A stretch of DNA of 64,000 bases from positions 1,632,001 through 1,696,000 of the forward strand of contig OZ250172.1 of the NCBI GenBank assembly GCA_965237905.1. The letters are read 5' to 3'. The notes beneath the pieces were generated by a model, which ran no database searches, was not told where the DNA came from, and saw only the letters and a program-made list of their open reading frames with translations. The translations under genes and the position numbers were made by a program. This stretch comes from Nitrospinaceae bacterium (GTDB lineage Bacteria; Nitrospinota; Nitrospinia; Nitrospinales; Nitrospinaceae). Every line of letters begins with the position of its first letter. Position 1 is the first letter of the stretch. Of this stretch, positions 1 to 9,749 are shown piece after piece.

Positions 1-45
1 AGGTCTTAGAATGTCGTTTCATCCGCATCCAAATTTTGGATTTAC

Positions 46-117
46 AGGCGCGTAGCTCAGGGGTAGAGTACTTGCTTGACATGCAAGGGGTCGGCGGTTC
101 GAAACCGCCCGCGCCTA
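46..117 (+). tRNA. tRNA-Val (anticodon GAC), CCA not encoded
   Basis: Cloverleaf: AGGCGCG/CGCGCCT acceptor stem, GCTC/GAGT D-stem, CTTGC-TTGACAT-GCAAG anticodon arm, GGCGG-TTCGAAA-CCGCC T-arm. Confidence 0.96.
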
Positions 118-214
118 TGGTTTCTCCGCTGTCCTTCACGGATCAATCCCAAATCCATTAAACAATTTCATCAGACCGTTCATTCGGTGCAGGTTCACAG
201 GTGTTTTTTATTAG

Positions 215-1969
215 ATGAGCAATCCGAATCAAAAGCAGTACGATCTCGATACCCTGCGTCACAGTTGCGCCCATTTGATGGCACAGGCGGTGAAACAACT
301 GTATCCGGAAACCAAGATCACCATCGGTCCGGTCATTGAAGACGGGTTTTTCTACGACTTCCAACGCGAGGAACCGTTCAAACCGGAAGACCTGGAAAAG
401 ATCGAACACCGGATGCACCAGATCGCCAAAAAGGGTCTGGATATCCAACGCGTTGAACTGTCACCCGAATCCGCCAAGAACATATTCAGCGCGATGGGTG
501 AAAATTTCAAGGTGGAGATCATCGAGGATTTCGCGGAAGGGGAAATCGTTTCCGCTTACACGCAGGGGGAATTCACCGATCTGTGCCGCGGTCCGCATGT
601 GGAAAATACCAAGGACCTCAAGGTATTCAAACTGCTTCACGCATCCGCCTCCTACTGGCGCGGGGACGAGCGCAACCCTGTGCTCCAGCGTATCTACGGT
701 ACAGCCTGGCACGACAAGAAGGAACTCAAGGCCTACCTCAACCGCCTGGAGGAGGCCAAGAAGCGCGATCACCGCAAGCTCGGCAAGGAGTTGGACCTGT
801 ACTCGATGTCAGAGGAAGTCGGACCGGGCCTGATCTTATGGCACCCCAAGGGCGCGCGCATCCGCTACCTGATGGAAGAGTTCTGGAAGCAGGAGCATTA
901 CAACAACGGCTATGAACTGGTGTACACGCCGCATGCCGCCAAGATCGATCTCTGGAAAACCAGCGGGCACATGGAGTTTTACAAAGAGAATATTTTTTCG
1001 CCGATGGAGATCGAGGACAAAGAATACATCATGAAGCCGATGAACTGCCCGTTCCATATTCAGATTTACAAAACCGGGCTTCGAAGCTACCGCGACCTGC
1101 CACTGCGTTGGGCGGAATTGGGCACGGTGTATCGCTACGAGCGATCGGGAGTCATGCACGGACTGTTGCGCGTGCGTGGCTTTACGCAGGACGACGCTCA
1201 TCTGTTCTGCCGCCAGGACCAGTTGGAGGACGAAGTCGCCAAGGTTCTCAAATTCGTGTTGTTTGTTTTGCGGTCGTTCGGGTTCTGGGAATACAAGGTG
1301 TTCCTGAGCACCCGGCCGGAGAAATCCGTGGGTTCCGATGCGGATTGGGAGACCGCTACGGTGGCTCTGGAAGCGGCGCTCAAGCGGTCTGAACTGCCTT
1401 ATGAGGAAGATCCCGGCGAAGGCGTGTTTTACGGTCCCAAAATCGATATCAAGATCAAGGACAGCCTCAACCGGTACTGGCAGGTGTCCACCATCCAAGT
1501 CGATTTCAACCTGCCGGAACGGTTCGAAATGACGTATATCGGAGAAGACGGCAACAAGCACCGACCCATCATGATTCACCGTGCATTGATGGGATCGCTG
1601 GAGCGGTTTTTCGGGTGCCTGATCGAGCATTACGCCGGGGCGTTCCCGGTGTGGCTGGCTCCGGTACAGGTGATTCTGCTTCCCATTACCGACAGCCAAA
1701 ACCCCTATGCCGAGCAAGTGGCCTCGCGCCTCAAGGAGGAGGGCATTCGCGTTGAAAAAGACTTGCGAAATGAAAAAATTGGGTTCAAGATAAGGGAAGC
1801 GCAACTCCAGAAAATCCCTTACATGCTGGTTCTGGGCGACCAGGAAATTCAGGCCAAAACCGTGGCAGTAAGGAAACGAAAATCCAAGGAAACCCGGGTT
1901 ATGCCGGTGGAGGATTTCCTTAAAGAACTTAATGAATTGATCGAAACCAAAGCGGTGGATTCCGAATAA
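215..1969 (+). CDS. thrS: Threonine--tRNA ligase (short form without N-terminal TGS domain)
   Basis: [36 protein letters not shown] motifs; precedes infC-rpmI-rplT. Confidence 0.98.
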   Translation: MSNPNQKQYDLDTLRHSCAHLMAQAVKQLYPETKITIGPVIEDGFFYDFQREEPFKPEDLEKIEHRMHQIAKKGLDIQRVELSPESAKNIFSAMGENFKVEIIEDFAEGEIVSAYTQGEFTDLCRGPHVENTKDLKVFKLLHASASYWRGDERNPVLQRIYGTAWHDKKELKAYLNRLEEAKKRDHRKLGKELDLYSMSEEVGPGLILWHPKGARIRYLMEEFWKQEHYNNGYELVYTPHAAKIDLWKTSGHMEFYKENIFSPMEIEDKEYIMKPMNCPFHIQIYKTGLRSYRDLPLRWAELGTVYRYERSGVMHGLLRVRGFTQDDAHLFCRQDQLEDEVAKVLKFVLFVLRSFGFWEYKVFLSTRPEKSVGSDADWETATVALEAALKRSELPYEEDPGEGVFYGPKIDIKIKDSLNRYWQVSTIQVDFNLPERFEMTYIGEDGNKHRPIMIHRALMGSLERFFGCLIEHYAGAFPVWLAPVQVILLPITDSQNPYAEQVASRLKEEGIRVEKDLRNEKIGFKIREAQLQKIPYMLVLGDQEIQAKTVAVRKRKSKETRVMPVEDFLKELNELIETKAVDSE

Positions 1970-1991
1970 CTTTTAACAAGGAGAAGACTGT

Positions 1992-2528
1992 ATCAAGAAA
2001 CAAAGAGTGAACACTATGATTCGTGTCAAGGAAGTATCCGTTATTGGCACGGACGGGGAGCAAATGGGAACCTTCCCCACCCGCGAAGCCATTGAATTAG
2101 CCCAGGATCAGGATTTAGACCTGGTCGAAGTATCACCCAATGCCAACCCACCGGTTTGCCGGGTCATGGACTGGGGCAAGCACAAATACAAGGCAAACAA
2201 ACGAGCCCACGAAGCCAAGAAAAATCAAAAGATTATCCACCTCAAGGAAGTCAAATTCCGGCCCAATACCGACCAGCACGACTTTGATTTCAAGGTCAAA
2301 CATGTGCAAAGGTTCCTGGAAGCCGGGGACAAAGCCAAAGTGGTGATCTTTTTCAAGGGCCGTGAAATTGTCCACCGGGATGGTGGCGAACGAGTATTGA
2401 AGCGTGTTGCGGAGGCCATGGAAGATTATGGCATCATCGAACAAAACGCTAAGCAGGAAGGTAGAACCCTGACCATGATCCTGGTCCCCAAGGGTAGTAC
2501 CAATAAAAAGGAAAGCAAAAGTTCCTGA
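1992..2528 (+). CDS. infC: Translation initiation factor IF-3, probable AUC start
   Basis: DLVEVSPNANPPVC and KEVKFRP motifs; in-frame ATC at 1992 lies 8 nt after AGGAG (1979-1983) and restores the N-terminus IKKQRVN. Confidence 0.95.
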   Translation: MKKQRVNTMIRVKEVSVIGTDGEQMGTFPTREAIELAQDQDLDLVEVSPNANPPVCRVMDWGKHKYKANKRAHEAKKNQKIIHLKEVKFRPNTDQHDFDFKVKHVQRFLEAGDKAKVVIFFKGREIVHRDGGERVLKRVAEAMEDYGIIEQNAKQEGRTLTMILVPKGSTNKKESKSS

Positions 2529-2593
2529 GAATCTGAGAGTTGACTCCGGGCCGATCTTGGGGTAGGATAGCCGGTCCCGATGGAGATTAAACA

Positions 2594-2788
2594 ATGCCAA
2601 AAATGAAAACTAACAGAGGTGCGGCCAAACGTTTCCGTAAAACGGCCACAGGTAAGATCAAGCGGAACTCCGCTTTTACCAGCCACATCCTAACCAGTAA
2701 AACGACTAAACGCAAACGGAATTTAAGGCAAGGCAGCATGCTCAAACCCGGGGATGCCAAGCGTATCCACGCGCTGTTGCCGTACTGA
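2594..2788 (+). CDS. rpmI: 50S ribosomal protein L35
   Basis: [14 protein letters not shown]; operon position. Confidence 0.98.
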   Translation: MPKMKTNRGAAKRFRKTATGKIKRNSAFTSHILTSKTTKRKRNLRQGSMLKPGDAKRIHALLPY

Positions 2789-2800
2789 TAGGAGAAAGTA

Positions 2801-3160
2801 ATGTCCAGAGCAATTAACGGGACCGTATCGAGAAACAGAAGGAAAAAAGTTCTCCGTATGGCCAAGGGGTTCCGGAGTGTCCGAAGCCGCGCATTCCGCA
2901 AAGCACGGGAATCGGTAGAAAAAGCCCTTTGTTATGCCTATCGAGATCGGCGTGCCCGCAAAAGAGATTTTCGGCGATTGTGGATTGCCCGCATCAACGC
3001 CGCCGTCCGGGCGGACGGGATGACCTACAGCCAGTTCATGCACGGCCTGAAAAAAGCCAATGTCGAACTCGACCGGAAAGTACTTTCCGATATGGCCATT
3101 CACAATGACCAATCCTTCAAAACTTTGATGGATACGGCCCGGGCGCAGTTGAGCAGTTAA
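2801..3160 (+). CDS. rplT: 50S ribosomal protein L20
   Basis: [32 protein letters not shown]. Confidence 0.98.
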   Translation: MSRAINGTVSRNRRKKVLRMAKGFRSVRSRAFRKARESVEKALCYAYRDRRARKRDFRRLWIARINAAVRADGMTYSQFMHGLKKANVELDRKVLSDMAIHNDQSFKTLMDTARAQLSS

Positions 3161-3216
3161 CCATGGGGACTCTCCGGCCAGTGCGCCGCCCCAAAATCTT
3201 TCCGGAAAATTTAATC

Positions 3217-3249
3217 AGCTTGATTCCCACCGGGGATCAGGCTTTTTTT
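3217..3249 (+). terminator. Rho-independent terminator after rplT
   Basis: AGCTTGATTCCC / GGGGATCAGGCT stem followed by a T7 run. Confidence 0.7.
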
Positions 3250-3279
3250 GTTTAAACCTCATTTTCCTTTTCCCTGCAT

Positions 3280-4290
3280 ATGATCGAAAAAATTAAGCAA
3301 TATAAAGATGACTTCAAAAACCGAATCTCCGAGATCGGAATCGGGGATGAACTGCGGCAGTTGCGCACGGACTTTCTGGGGAAAAAAGGTCTGGTGACGC
3401 AGGTGATGAAGGACATGCGCGAGCTTTCTTCCGAACAAAAAAGGGAAGTGGGCCGGCACGTCAATGAGCTTAAAAACTGGATTGAAAATGAGATTAAAGA
3501 AAAAACCGACAAACTGAAAGGCGACTCCCCGGAAGGGAGCGACCGCACCTTCGATATCACCCTGCCCGGCCGCAAGGAAGCCCGCGGCTCGCTCCACCCG
3601 ATCACCCAGGTCATGGAGGAACTCATCGCCATCTTCGTCAGCCTTGGTTTTCAGGTAGCGGAGGGGCCTGAGGTGGAATCCGATTACTACAATTTTGAGG
3701 CTCTCAACATTCCCAAAGACCATCCGGCGCGGGACATGCAGGACACGTTTTATATCGGCGGCGAAAAAGTACTGCGCACCCATACCTCTCCGGTGCAAAT
3801 CCATGTCATGGAAAAACAGCAACCGCCGCTACGCATCATCGCGCCGGGCAAAGTGTACCGCTGTGATTCGGATATTTCCCACACCCCCATGTTCCACCAG
3901 ATTGAAGGATTGATGGTGGACGAAAATGTGGCGTTCAGCGATCTCAAAGGAGTGATGAACATCTTCGTGCACCAGATCTTCGGCGAAAAAACGAAAGTCC
4001 GGTTCCGTCCCAGTTTTTTCCCGTTCACCTGCCCCAGTGCGGAAGTGGATATCCAATGTGTCATGTGCTCAGGGAAAGGATGCCGGGTCTGTTCGCAAAC
4101 CGGTTGGCTGGAAATCCTCGGTGCCGGCATGGTGGATCCGGCGGTGTTCGGAGCCGTCGATTACGATCCGGAAAAATGGACGGGGTTCGCCTTCGGGATG
4201 GGAATCGAACGCATCGCGATGCTCAAGTATGGAATCAACGATATCCGCCCGTTCTTCGAGAACGACCTGCGCTTCCTCCAGCAGTTTTAA
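3280..4290 (+). CDS. pheS: Phenylalanine--tRNA ligase alpha subunit
   Basis: HPARDMQDTF, LRTHTSPVQ, FHQIEG, GFAFGMGIERIAM. Confidence 0.98.
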   Translation: MIEKIKQYKDDFKNRISEIGIGDELRQLRTDFLGKKGLVTQVMKDMRELSSEQKREVGRHVNELKNWIENEIKEKTDKLKGDSPEGSDRTFDITLPGRKEARGSLHPITQVMEELIAIFVSLGFQVAEGPEVESDYYNFEALNIPKDHPARDMQDTFYIGGEKVLRTHTSPVQIHVMEKQQPPLRIIAPGKVYRCDSDISHTPMFHQIEGLMVDENVAFSDLKGVMNIFVHQIFGEKTKVRFRPSFFPFTCPSAEVDIQCVMCSGKGCRVCSQTGWLEILGAGMVDPAVFGAVDYDPEKWTGFAFGMGIERIAMLKYGINDIRPFFENDLRFLQQF

Positions 4291-4312
4291 TCCAAACAAG
4301 AAAACCTATTCT

Positions 4313-4408
4313 GACAGGATAACAGGATAAAGTCTGAATAACCCGGAACAGGGAGTAGGGAACAAGGGAAATCTCCTCATTCCCTCTCTGTGTCCTCTGT
4401 GGTGAAAT
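4313..4408. repeat. Intergenic ATCCTG-type and CTCTGTGG-type short repeats
   Basis: GACAGGATAACAGGAT is the reverse complement of the unit at 24828 and 45762; CTCTGTGTCCTCTGTGGTGAAA resembles 24876-24897 and 45953-45969. Confidence 0.55.
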
Positions 4409-4435
4409 TATTCTTGGGTTTCAGTATCGTGCCGG

Positions 4436-5236
4436 TCAGGGCCGTTGGGATTTTTTGACGATGTCTTTGTCGAAGTAGTTGACGGACATGCCGGCGTCGA
4501 GGACGATGCCCTGGGCGTTGATACCGCTGGCGCGTTCGCTCAGCAGAAACACCGCCGTATCGGCCACCTCCTGGGTGGTCAGCGCCTGTTTGCGCAGGGT
4601 CGACTGTTCGGCGTGCAGGTAGGAATCGATATAACCGGGAATTCCCGCCGAGGCGGAAGATTTGAGCAATCCCGCATTAACGGAATTGAACCGCACCTTT
4701 GAAAAGGCGCTGAACGATTTGGCGAGAAAGCAGAGTGAAGAATCGAGCGCGGCCTTGGCCGGTCCCATATACCCGTAGTTCTCCGCCGCCATGCGCGTCG
4801 TGGAAATGGAGATGGTCACCACCGATGCGTTGGGATCGAACCGGTCCTTGAACGCATTGGCCAGGTTGATGAGCGAGTAACAGGAAATATCCACGCACTG
4901 CAGGAAATCTTTTTTCGACGTTTCGTGAAACGGCTTCAACCCTTCGGAAAAATTGGCGAAGGCGATGGAATGCACCAGACCGTGCAGAACATCGGTCTTT
5001 GCGGATACTTCCTTTTTCAGGCGGGCGATATCTTCGTCCCGTTCCACATCGCAGACAAACGTCCGGGCGGGGTCGATGAGTTTGGCGACACTGACTTTGC
5101 GTTCCTCGGAGCGAACGCTGTATAAGACGTTGGCGTTTTCTGCCTCGAGGGTTTTGCCGATATGATAAGCGACGCTTTTTTTATTGGCGACGCCCGTCAC
5201 CAGAATGGTTTTATTTTCCAGCCCGAGGAAACTCAT
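4436..5236 (-). CDS. fabI: Enoyl-ACP reductase, FabI-like
   Basis: [28 protein letters not shown] (YxxMxxxK), RFNSVNAG. Confidence 0.85.
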   Translation of the reverse strand: MSFLGLENKTILVTGVANKKSVAYHIGKTLEAENANVLYSVRSEERKVSVAKLIDPARTFVCDVERDEDIARLKKEVSAKTDVLHGLVHSIAFANFSEGLKPFHETSKKDFLQCVDISCYSLINLANAFKDRFDPNASVVTISISTTRMAAENYGYMGPAKAALDSSLCFLAKSFSAFSKVRFNSVNAGLLKSSASAGIPGYIDSYLHAEQSTLRKQALTTQEVADTAVFLLSERASGINAQGIVLDAGMSVNYFDKDIVKKSQRP

Positions 5237-5661
5237 AGCTTCTCCTCCATGAGAATGACGGTGAACTCCACCGTCACCGCCGTCTGGCCGTCCACCTGCA
5301 CTTTGCCTTTCATATAATGTGCCGGACCGATGTTTTCCACATAGTCCGCCCTAATTTCTAAAACACTGCCGGGATATACGGGATTTTTAAACTTAACGTT
5401 TTGAATCCGCGACATGACGGGAACCTGGCCGTTGGGGGTGGGGAATTTTTCCGACATCAAAATCGCGCCGGTCTGGAACACGCATTCACAGACAAGAACT
5501 CCGGGCATGATCGGGAAATCGGGATAGTGGCCCTTGAAAAACGGTTCCTCCGGATCAATGCGCTTGCGGGTGACGATGTGGTCATCGGCTTGCTCGACAA
5601 TTTCGTCGACAAACAGAAAAGGAGGACGATGGGGTATGGCGTTCAGGATTTTTTCCTGCAT
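5233..5661 (-). CDS. fabZ: 3-hydroxyacyl-ACP dehydratase, FabZ-like
   Basis: [30 protein letters not shown]. Confidence 0.88.
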   Translation of the reverse strand: MQEKILNAIPHRPPFLFVDEIVEQADDHIVTRKRIDPEEPFFKGHYPDFPIMPGVLVCECVFQTGAILMSEKFPTPNGQVPVMSRIQNVKFKNPVYPGSVLEIRADYVENIGPAHYMKGKVQVDGQTAVTVEFTVILMEEKL

Positions 5662-6404
5662 TATAATCCGCCTGTGATTTCCAAAACGGTGCCGTTGACA
5701 TAGGCGGAGTCGCGATCCGCCAGAAACAACACAGCCCGTGCCACTTCATCCACAGTACCGAAGCGTTTCATGGGCACCTGACTTAGGTATTTTTTCTTCT
5801 GATCCTCGGGAAGATCGGCAATGAAATCGGTATCGATAAATCCGGGCGACACACAATTCACCGTGATATTCCGGCTGGCCACTTCCTTGGACAGGGACCG
5901 GGTAAACGCCTCCTGTCCCGCCTTGCTGGCGGCATAATTGGCCTGCCCCGCGAACCCGTACCGGCCGATGGGGGAAGTGATATTAACGATCCTTCCGTAC
6001 TTATGCCGCATCAGATGTTGCACCGCTAACTTGCTCATATGGTACGTTCCCGTCAGGTTGGTGTGGATGACATCATCCCAATCCTCAACCGACATCATCC
6101 CGACCACGGAGTCGCGCCGTATCCCGGAGTTATTCACGAGAATCTCAAACTGTTTAAAATTTTCATCCACATACTTAAAAAACTCAACGACATCGTTATG
6201 CTCGGAAACATCAAATTGCCTGAGGTGGATGCGGTCCTTGTATTTTTCGTTGACTTTTTGAAACTTTTGCGCGGCCGAGGTATCGGAACGGTAAGTGGCG
6301 ATCACTTGAGCGCCGGTGGCGAGAAATGCTTCGGCTACGCCCCGACCGATTCCGCGCGTGCCACCGGTCACAATAACAGTTTGATCTTTGAAATCGAAAT
6401 TCAC
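5661..6404 (-). CDS. fabG: 3-oxoacyl-ACP reductase, FabG-like
   Basis: TGGTRGIG, LVNNSGIRRD, GQANYAASKAG, VSPGFIDT. Confidence 0.9.
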   Translation of the reverse strand: MNFDFKDQTVIVTGGTRGIGRGVAEAFLATGAQVIATYRSDTSAAQKFQKVNEKYKDRIHLRQFDVSEHNDVVEFFKYVDENFKQFEILVNNSGIRRDSVVGMMSVEDWDDVIHTNLTGTYHMSKLAVQHLMRHKYGRIVNITSPIGRYGFAGQANYAASKAGQEAFTRSLSKEVASRNITVNCVSPGFIDTDFIADLPEDQKKKYLSQVPMKRFGTVDEVARAVLFLADRDSAYVNGTVLEITGGL

Positions 6405-6480
6405 GATAAATGGATGGGAAAGAAGAAGGAAAGAGACAACAAAAACTTAACTTGTTGGATGGATTTTCCGTTCGCGCAAT

Positions 6481-7929
6481 TTATACGCTGACGGTTTCCA
6501 GTTCCGGTTTGGGTTCGCACACCGCGTGTAAGAATTTATCCACCTCATTGGCCGCAATCACTCCGTAATTGGCCGCACCCAACCAACCGGACATGATAAT
6601 CCCCACCGAACCGGCGTGGAACAACCCCGCAACCTGCTTGGGAAGATCCTTACTGATCGCGAGCCCTTCAAACTTGGTCCCGAAAGACACGCCACCCGGA
6701 TGCGCGGTGTAGCGTTTGAAGGTCATCGGGGTGGAAGCTTCCAGGTGACCTATTTTTTTGCGTACATCAGGGACGTATTTTTCCAAAGCGTCCAGCGTCC
6801 GGTCGATCAAATGTTTCTTTTTCTTATCGTATTCCTGACGGGTCAAATGAGCCCAGTCCTTGAACCGCGCATTGGTCGACGCCACAATGGAGTACATGTT
6901 CAAACCCGGCCGGGTTTCCGGATAATAAAAACTGAACGTCCGGCTGGTGGTCTCCGGTTCCAAGAGAGATGCCGAACTGAATTCCTTTTCCTGGGAGGTG
7001 AACAGCAGGTCTCCAACATTATCGATCTTCTCGCCTCTTTTAATGCCCATATACACTTGGCAACTGCTGTCATTCAACCGGACTTTTTTAACTTCATCAA
7101 GAAAATCCGGGGAAAAATGTTCGTCACTGGTCAATTTGTGTATGGTGCTTAATATATTGGAATTGGACAAAACCGTTTTGGCTGGGATCATACGCCCCTG
7201 AACTTCCACCCCTTGCACAGTTTTATCATCCACCACTACGCGATCGACCATGCAATGGGTACGGATGTCTACTCCATTTTTCAACAATTCCTTTTTCATC
7301 TTTTTGATCAATTCGCTCGTGCCGCCTTTAAAGGTGTACACCCCTTTGTCCATGAAGTTGGCAAACACGATCCCGTAAGTGATCGCCGGATCGTCCAAAG
7401 TAGAACCGTTGGCGTAAGTGATCGGTTCCATCAACAGGCGGTGAACATCGGTCCGGCCGGGAAAAAACTTTTCGAACAATTCGCGGGTGGTCATCGACAG
7501 GTCGTCGTAAAAATTCATCGCCCGCACGGTTTGGAAAAAGTCGTCGATGGTTTCTTTAACAATCCCGAACCGGTCCTTCATCAGACGGGTAAAATCGTTT
7601 TTATCAAAATTGGTCCAGAAGGAGAATTGAGGGTTGTCGAAGCGGATATTCTTGAGGCGAACGATGGAGTCGGCGATTTCCTGGGTCCAGTATTTTCGGC
7701 AGGTTTTGATCATACCGGTGGGAAAGCCGTGCAGAGAAATATCCAGAATATGGCCGCCTTTACGTTTGAACCACGTGGCCAGTCCACCCAGATTATAGTG
7801 ATGTTCGAGGATGAGGACCTTGTGTCCCAATTTGGCCAGCTTGTTGGCGGCGGTCAAACCCGCCAAGCCACTGCCAATTACAATCGTATCGTAAGCCGAC
7901 TTGATTCCCTTCAGCCAGTCTTTAGCCAT
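6481..7929 (-). CDS. FAD-dependent oxidoreductase, phytoene desaturase/CrtISO/RetSat family (paralog 2)
   Basis: GSGLAG Rossmann motif, [24 protein letters not shown]...GVSFG, GLFHAG. Confidence 0.85.
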   Translation of the reverse strand: MAKDWLKGIKSAYDTIVIGSGLAGLTAANKLAKLGHKVLILEHHYNLGGLATWFKRKGGHILDISLHGFPTGMIKTCRKYWTQEIADSIVRLKNIRFDNPQFSFWTNFDKNDFTRLMKDRFGIVKETIDDFFQTVRAMNFYDDLSMTTRELFEKFFPGRTDVHRLLMEPITYANGSTLDDPAITYGIVFANFMDKGVYTFKGGTSELIKKMKKELLKNGVDIRTHCMVDRVVVDDKTVQGVEVQGRMIPAKTVLSNSNILSTIHKLTSDEHFSPDFLDEVKKVRLNDSSCQVYMGIKRGEKIDNVGDLLFTSQEKEFSSASLLEPETTSRTFSFYYPETRPGLNMYSIVASTNARFKDWAHLTRQEYDKKKKHLIDRTLDALEKYVPDVRKKIGHLEASTPMTFKRYTAHPGGVSFGTKFEGLAISKDLPKQVAGLFHAGSVGIIMSGWLGAANYGVIAANEVDKFLHAVCEPKPELETVSV

Positions 7930-9341
7930 TAAATTCTCCCGTATTCCGATTTGGCTTCTGCTTGCAAAATATGCAGGTTAGCCATTGAAATTCCGCTCAA
8001 TGTCGCACCAATGATACCCAAAAATCCCTGATCTGTCCCACAAATAAATAAGTTTTTTACAGGTGTCCGCCCACTCTTTATTTTGGTGGGAGAACCGTAC
8101 ACGGCACCATTGAGATGGCCGGTATATTTGAATATGGTCTTAGGCGTAAAAGAGTCAATGTATATAATATGATCGCTGAAATCGGGGAAATAAGTCAACA
8201 ACGCATTCACCCCCCGGTCCCGATACTCCTTTTTGGCCGCTCGGTAATCGGAGCGGGCCATGTCGTCCCAAAGCTTGAAATTCGCCTGGTTGGTGAGGCG
8301 GATCACCCCCTCGGACGGGGCCTCCGGGTACTGAAAGTTGCTGGGACAGCACAAAACACCACTGGTAACATCGGTCAAACCCTTGGGAACGCGGTACTTA
8401 AAGCGTGATTCGGTGCTGTAAAACACGATGCTCTTATCATATCCAACATCTTTCGGCATGCGATCCAGCACGAATATCGACTCGATAAACGACATTTGGC
8501 CGATTTCCAGGTCGGATTCTTCGACAATTCGCGGATGACACAGGCGTAAGGTCTCGACAATCCCGGCAGAAGAGAGGACCTTGTCCGCCACCAGCGTTTC
8601 GCCATTTTCCAGCTGGATGGATTGCAACTCGCCGTCTTTATGCGCGATGCTTTGCACTCCCGCGCCCATGCGTAATTCGCCGCCGAGACTCTTGTATTTA
8701 TCAACCAGCAGTTTCAGGATATAAGGCATCCCGCCGATGGGCTTGGCGAATCCTTCCATGAAAAGGCTCTTGAACATGATCACGAACTGGTAGAAATCCA
8801 TGTCGCCTTCCGCCGCGTTCCCGTAGTACATGATGGGACAATACAGCATGTCGATCAGCACCGGGTCGGTCAGGCAGGATTCCAGCACCTTGCGAGAGGA
8901 AATCCGTTGGCTGTCGTCCAGATCCAGCTCATTGAATTCGCGGATATGAGTGAGCAGTTTCTGAAACCCGTCAATTTGCTTGGGAAACTGCTCCGCGATT
9001 TCCTGTTCCATGAACTCGAATTGATTGGTGAACCGGATCGATTTGTCAGGGAAGCGGATTCCCGACATCTCCTGCGGACACAGGCGGAACTCGTCGTGCT
9101 TGAACCGCAGTTGCTTGAGAAGTTTGCCCAGCGGAGAACTACGCACACCCTTCGGCGTGTAATTGGTCATCGCGTGCAGGCCCACGTCGAACGTACGATG
9201 CTTGCGGGTATAAAAAGAATTGAGTCCACCAACCTCGACATGCTTTTCGACGATCAAAACTTTCTTCTCGAACATCGCCAGACGAATGCCCGCGGCTAAT
9301 CCGGACAGACCGGAGCCTATTATGATGGCGTCATAGTTCAT
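7929..9341 (-). CDS. FAD-dependent oxidoreductase, phytoene desaturase/CrtISO/RetSat family (paralog 1)
   Basis: [30 protein letters not shown]...[15 protein letters not shown]...GIIGATLSG. Confidence 0.85.
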   Translation of the reverse strand: MNYDAIIIGSGLSGLAAGIRLAMFEKKVLIVEKHVEVGGLNSFYTRKHRTFDVGLHAMTNYTPKGVRSSPLGKLLKQLRFKHDEFRLCPQEMSGIRFPDKSIRFTNQFEFMEQEIAEQFPKQIDGFQKLLTHIREFNELDLDDSQRISSRKVLESCLTDPVLIDMLYCPIMYYGNAAEGDMDFYQFVIMFKSLFMEGFAKPIGGMPYILKLLVDKYKSLGGELRMGAGVQSIAHKDGELQSIQLENGETLVADKVLSSAGIVETLRLCHPRIVEESDLEIGQMSFIESIFVLDRMPKDVGYDKSIVFYSTESRFKYRVPKGLTDVTSGVLCCPSNFQYPEAPSEGVIRLTNQANFKLWDDMARSDYRAAKKEYRDRGVNALLTYFPDFSDHIIYIDSFTPKTIFKYTGHLNGAVYGSPTKIKSGRTPVKNLFICGTDQGFLGIIGATLSGISMANLHILQAEAKSEYGRI

Positions 9342-9348
9342 GGTCTTG

Positions 9349-9377
9349 ATTGTAAATGAGGCTGGGGATCAAGTAAA
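9349..9377 (-). promoter_or_regulatory. Candidate internal sigma70 promoter, leaderless, for the flavoprotein-fabG-fabZ-fabI block
   Basis: Minus strand TTTACT-N17-TACAAT-N7-ATG(9341); no Shine-Dalgarno before the ATG. Confidence 0.5.
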
Positions 9378-9431
9378 CCGCATGAGCGGCAGGGGATCAC
9401 AAAGGAAGGCCGGGGAAATCCTGAAACGGCT

Positions 9432-9695
9432 TCAACGGACCAGTTCGTCGTCTTTCAGGCGCGGAAACAGGTACTCGACACTGCTCGCCATCGACACCAG
9501 TTCCTGGTAGTCCTTTTCAGGTACTTCCAGGTTGAAGCGTTTACGCAATTCCATCACGATATCGAGGAAATCCATCGAGTCCAGATCGAACTGGTCCCGC
9601 AGTTTCTCTTCGTCTTTGATGGTGCTTAAATCTTCGTCCGGAGCAATGTCGGAGATGATATTGAGGATGGCTTGTCGAACTTGTTCCCTGGTCAT
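9432..9695 (-). CDS. Acyl carrier protein, cluster-specific
   Basis: 87 aa, acidic, phosphopantetheine motif LDSMDFLDIVMEL; AGGAG RBS. Confidence 0.92.
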   Translation of the reverse strand: MTREQVRQAILNIISDIAPDEDLSTIKDEEKLRDQFDLDSMDFLDIVMELRKRFNLEVPEKDYQELVSMASSVEYLFPRLKDDELVR

Positions 9696-9749
9696 TCGGC
9701 GCGTTCTCCTAAAGTTTGATGGTAGGTCAAAACTACCTGAATTTCAATA

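Noticed and set aside
836..1804. Long antisense ORFs (also 12707-13633, 19912-20703, 61608-62513)
   Set aside because: Shadows of well-supported genes on the opposite strand, expected from codon bias.
3163..3297. Possible pheM-like attenuator peptide before pheS
   Set aside because: The short ORF has only one Phe codon before the hairpin and reads through it; the hairpin is explained as the rplT terminator.
4057..4092. CxxC...CxxC insert in PheS
   Set aside because: A common feature of many bacterial PheS proteins.
6481..9341. Carotenoid biosynthesis (crtI) call
   Set aside because: No crtB, crtE or crtY nearby; the genes are embedded among ACP and fab genes.
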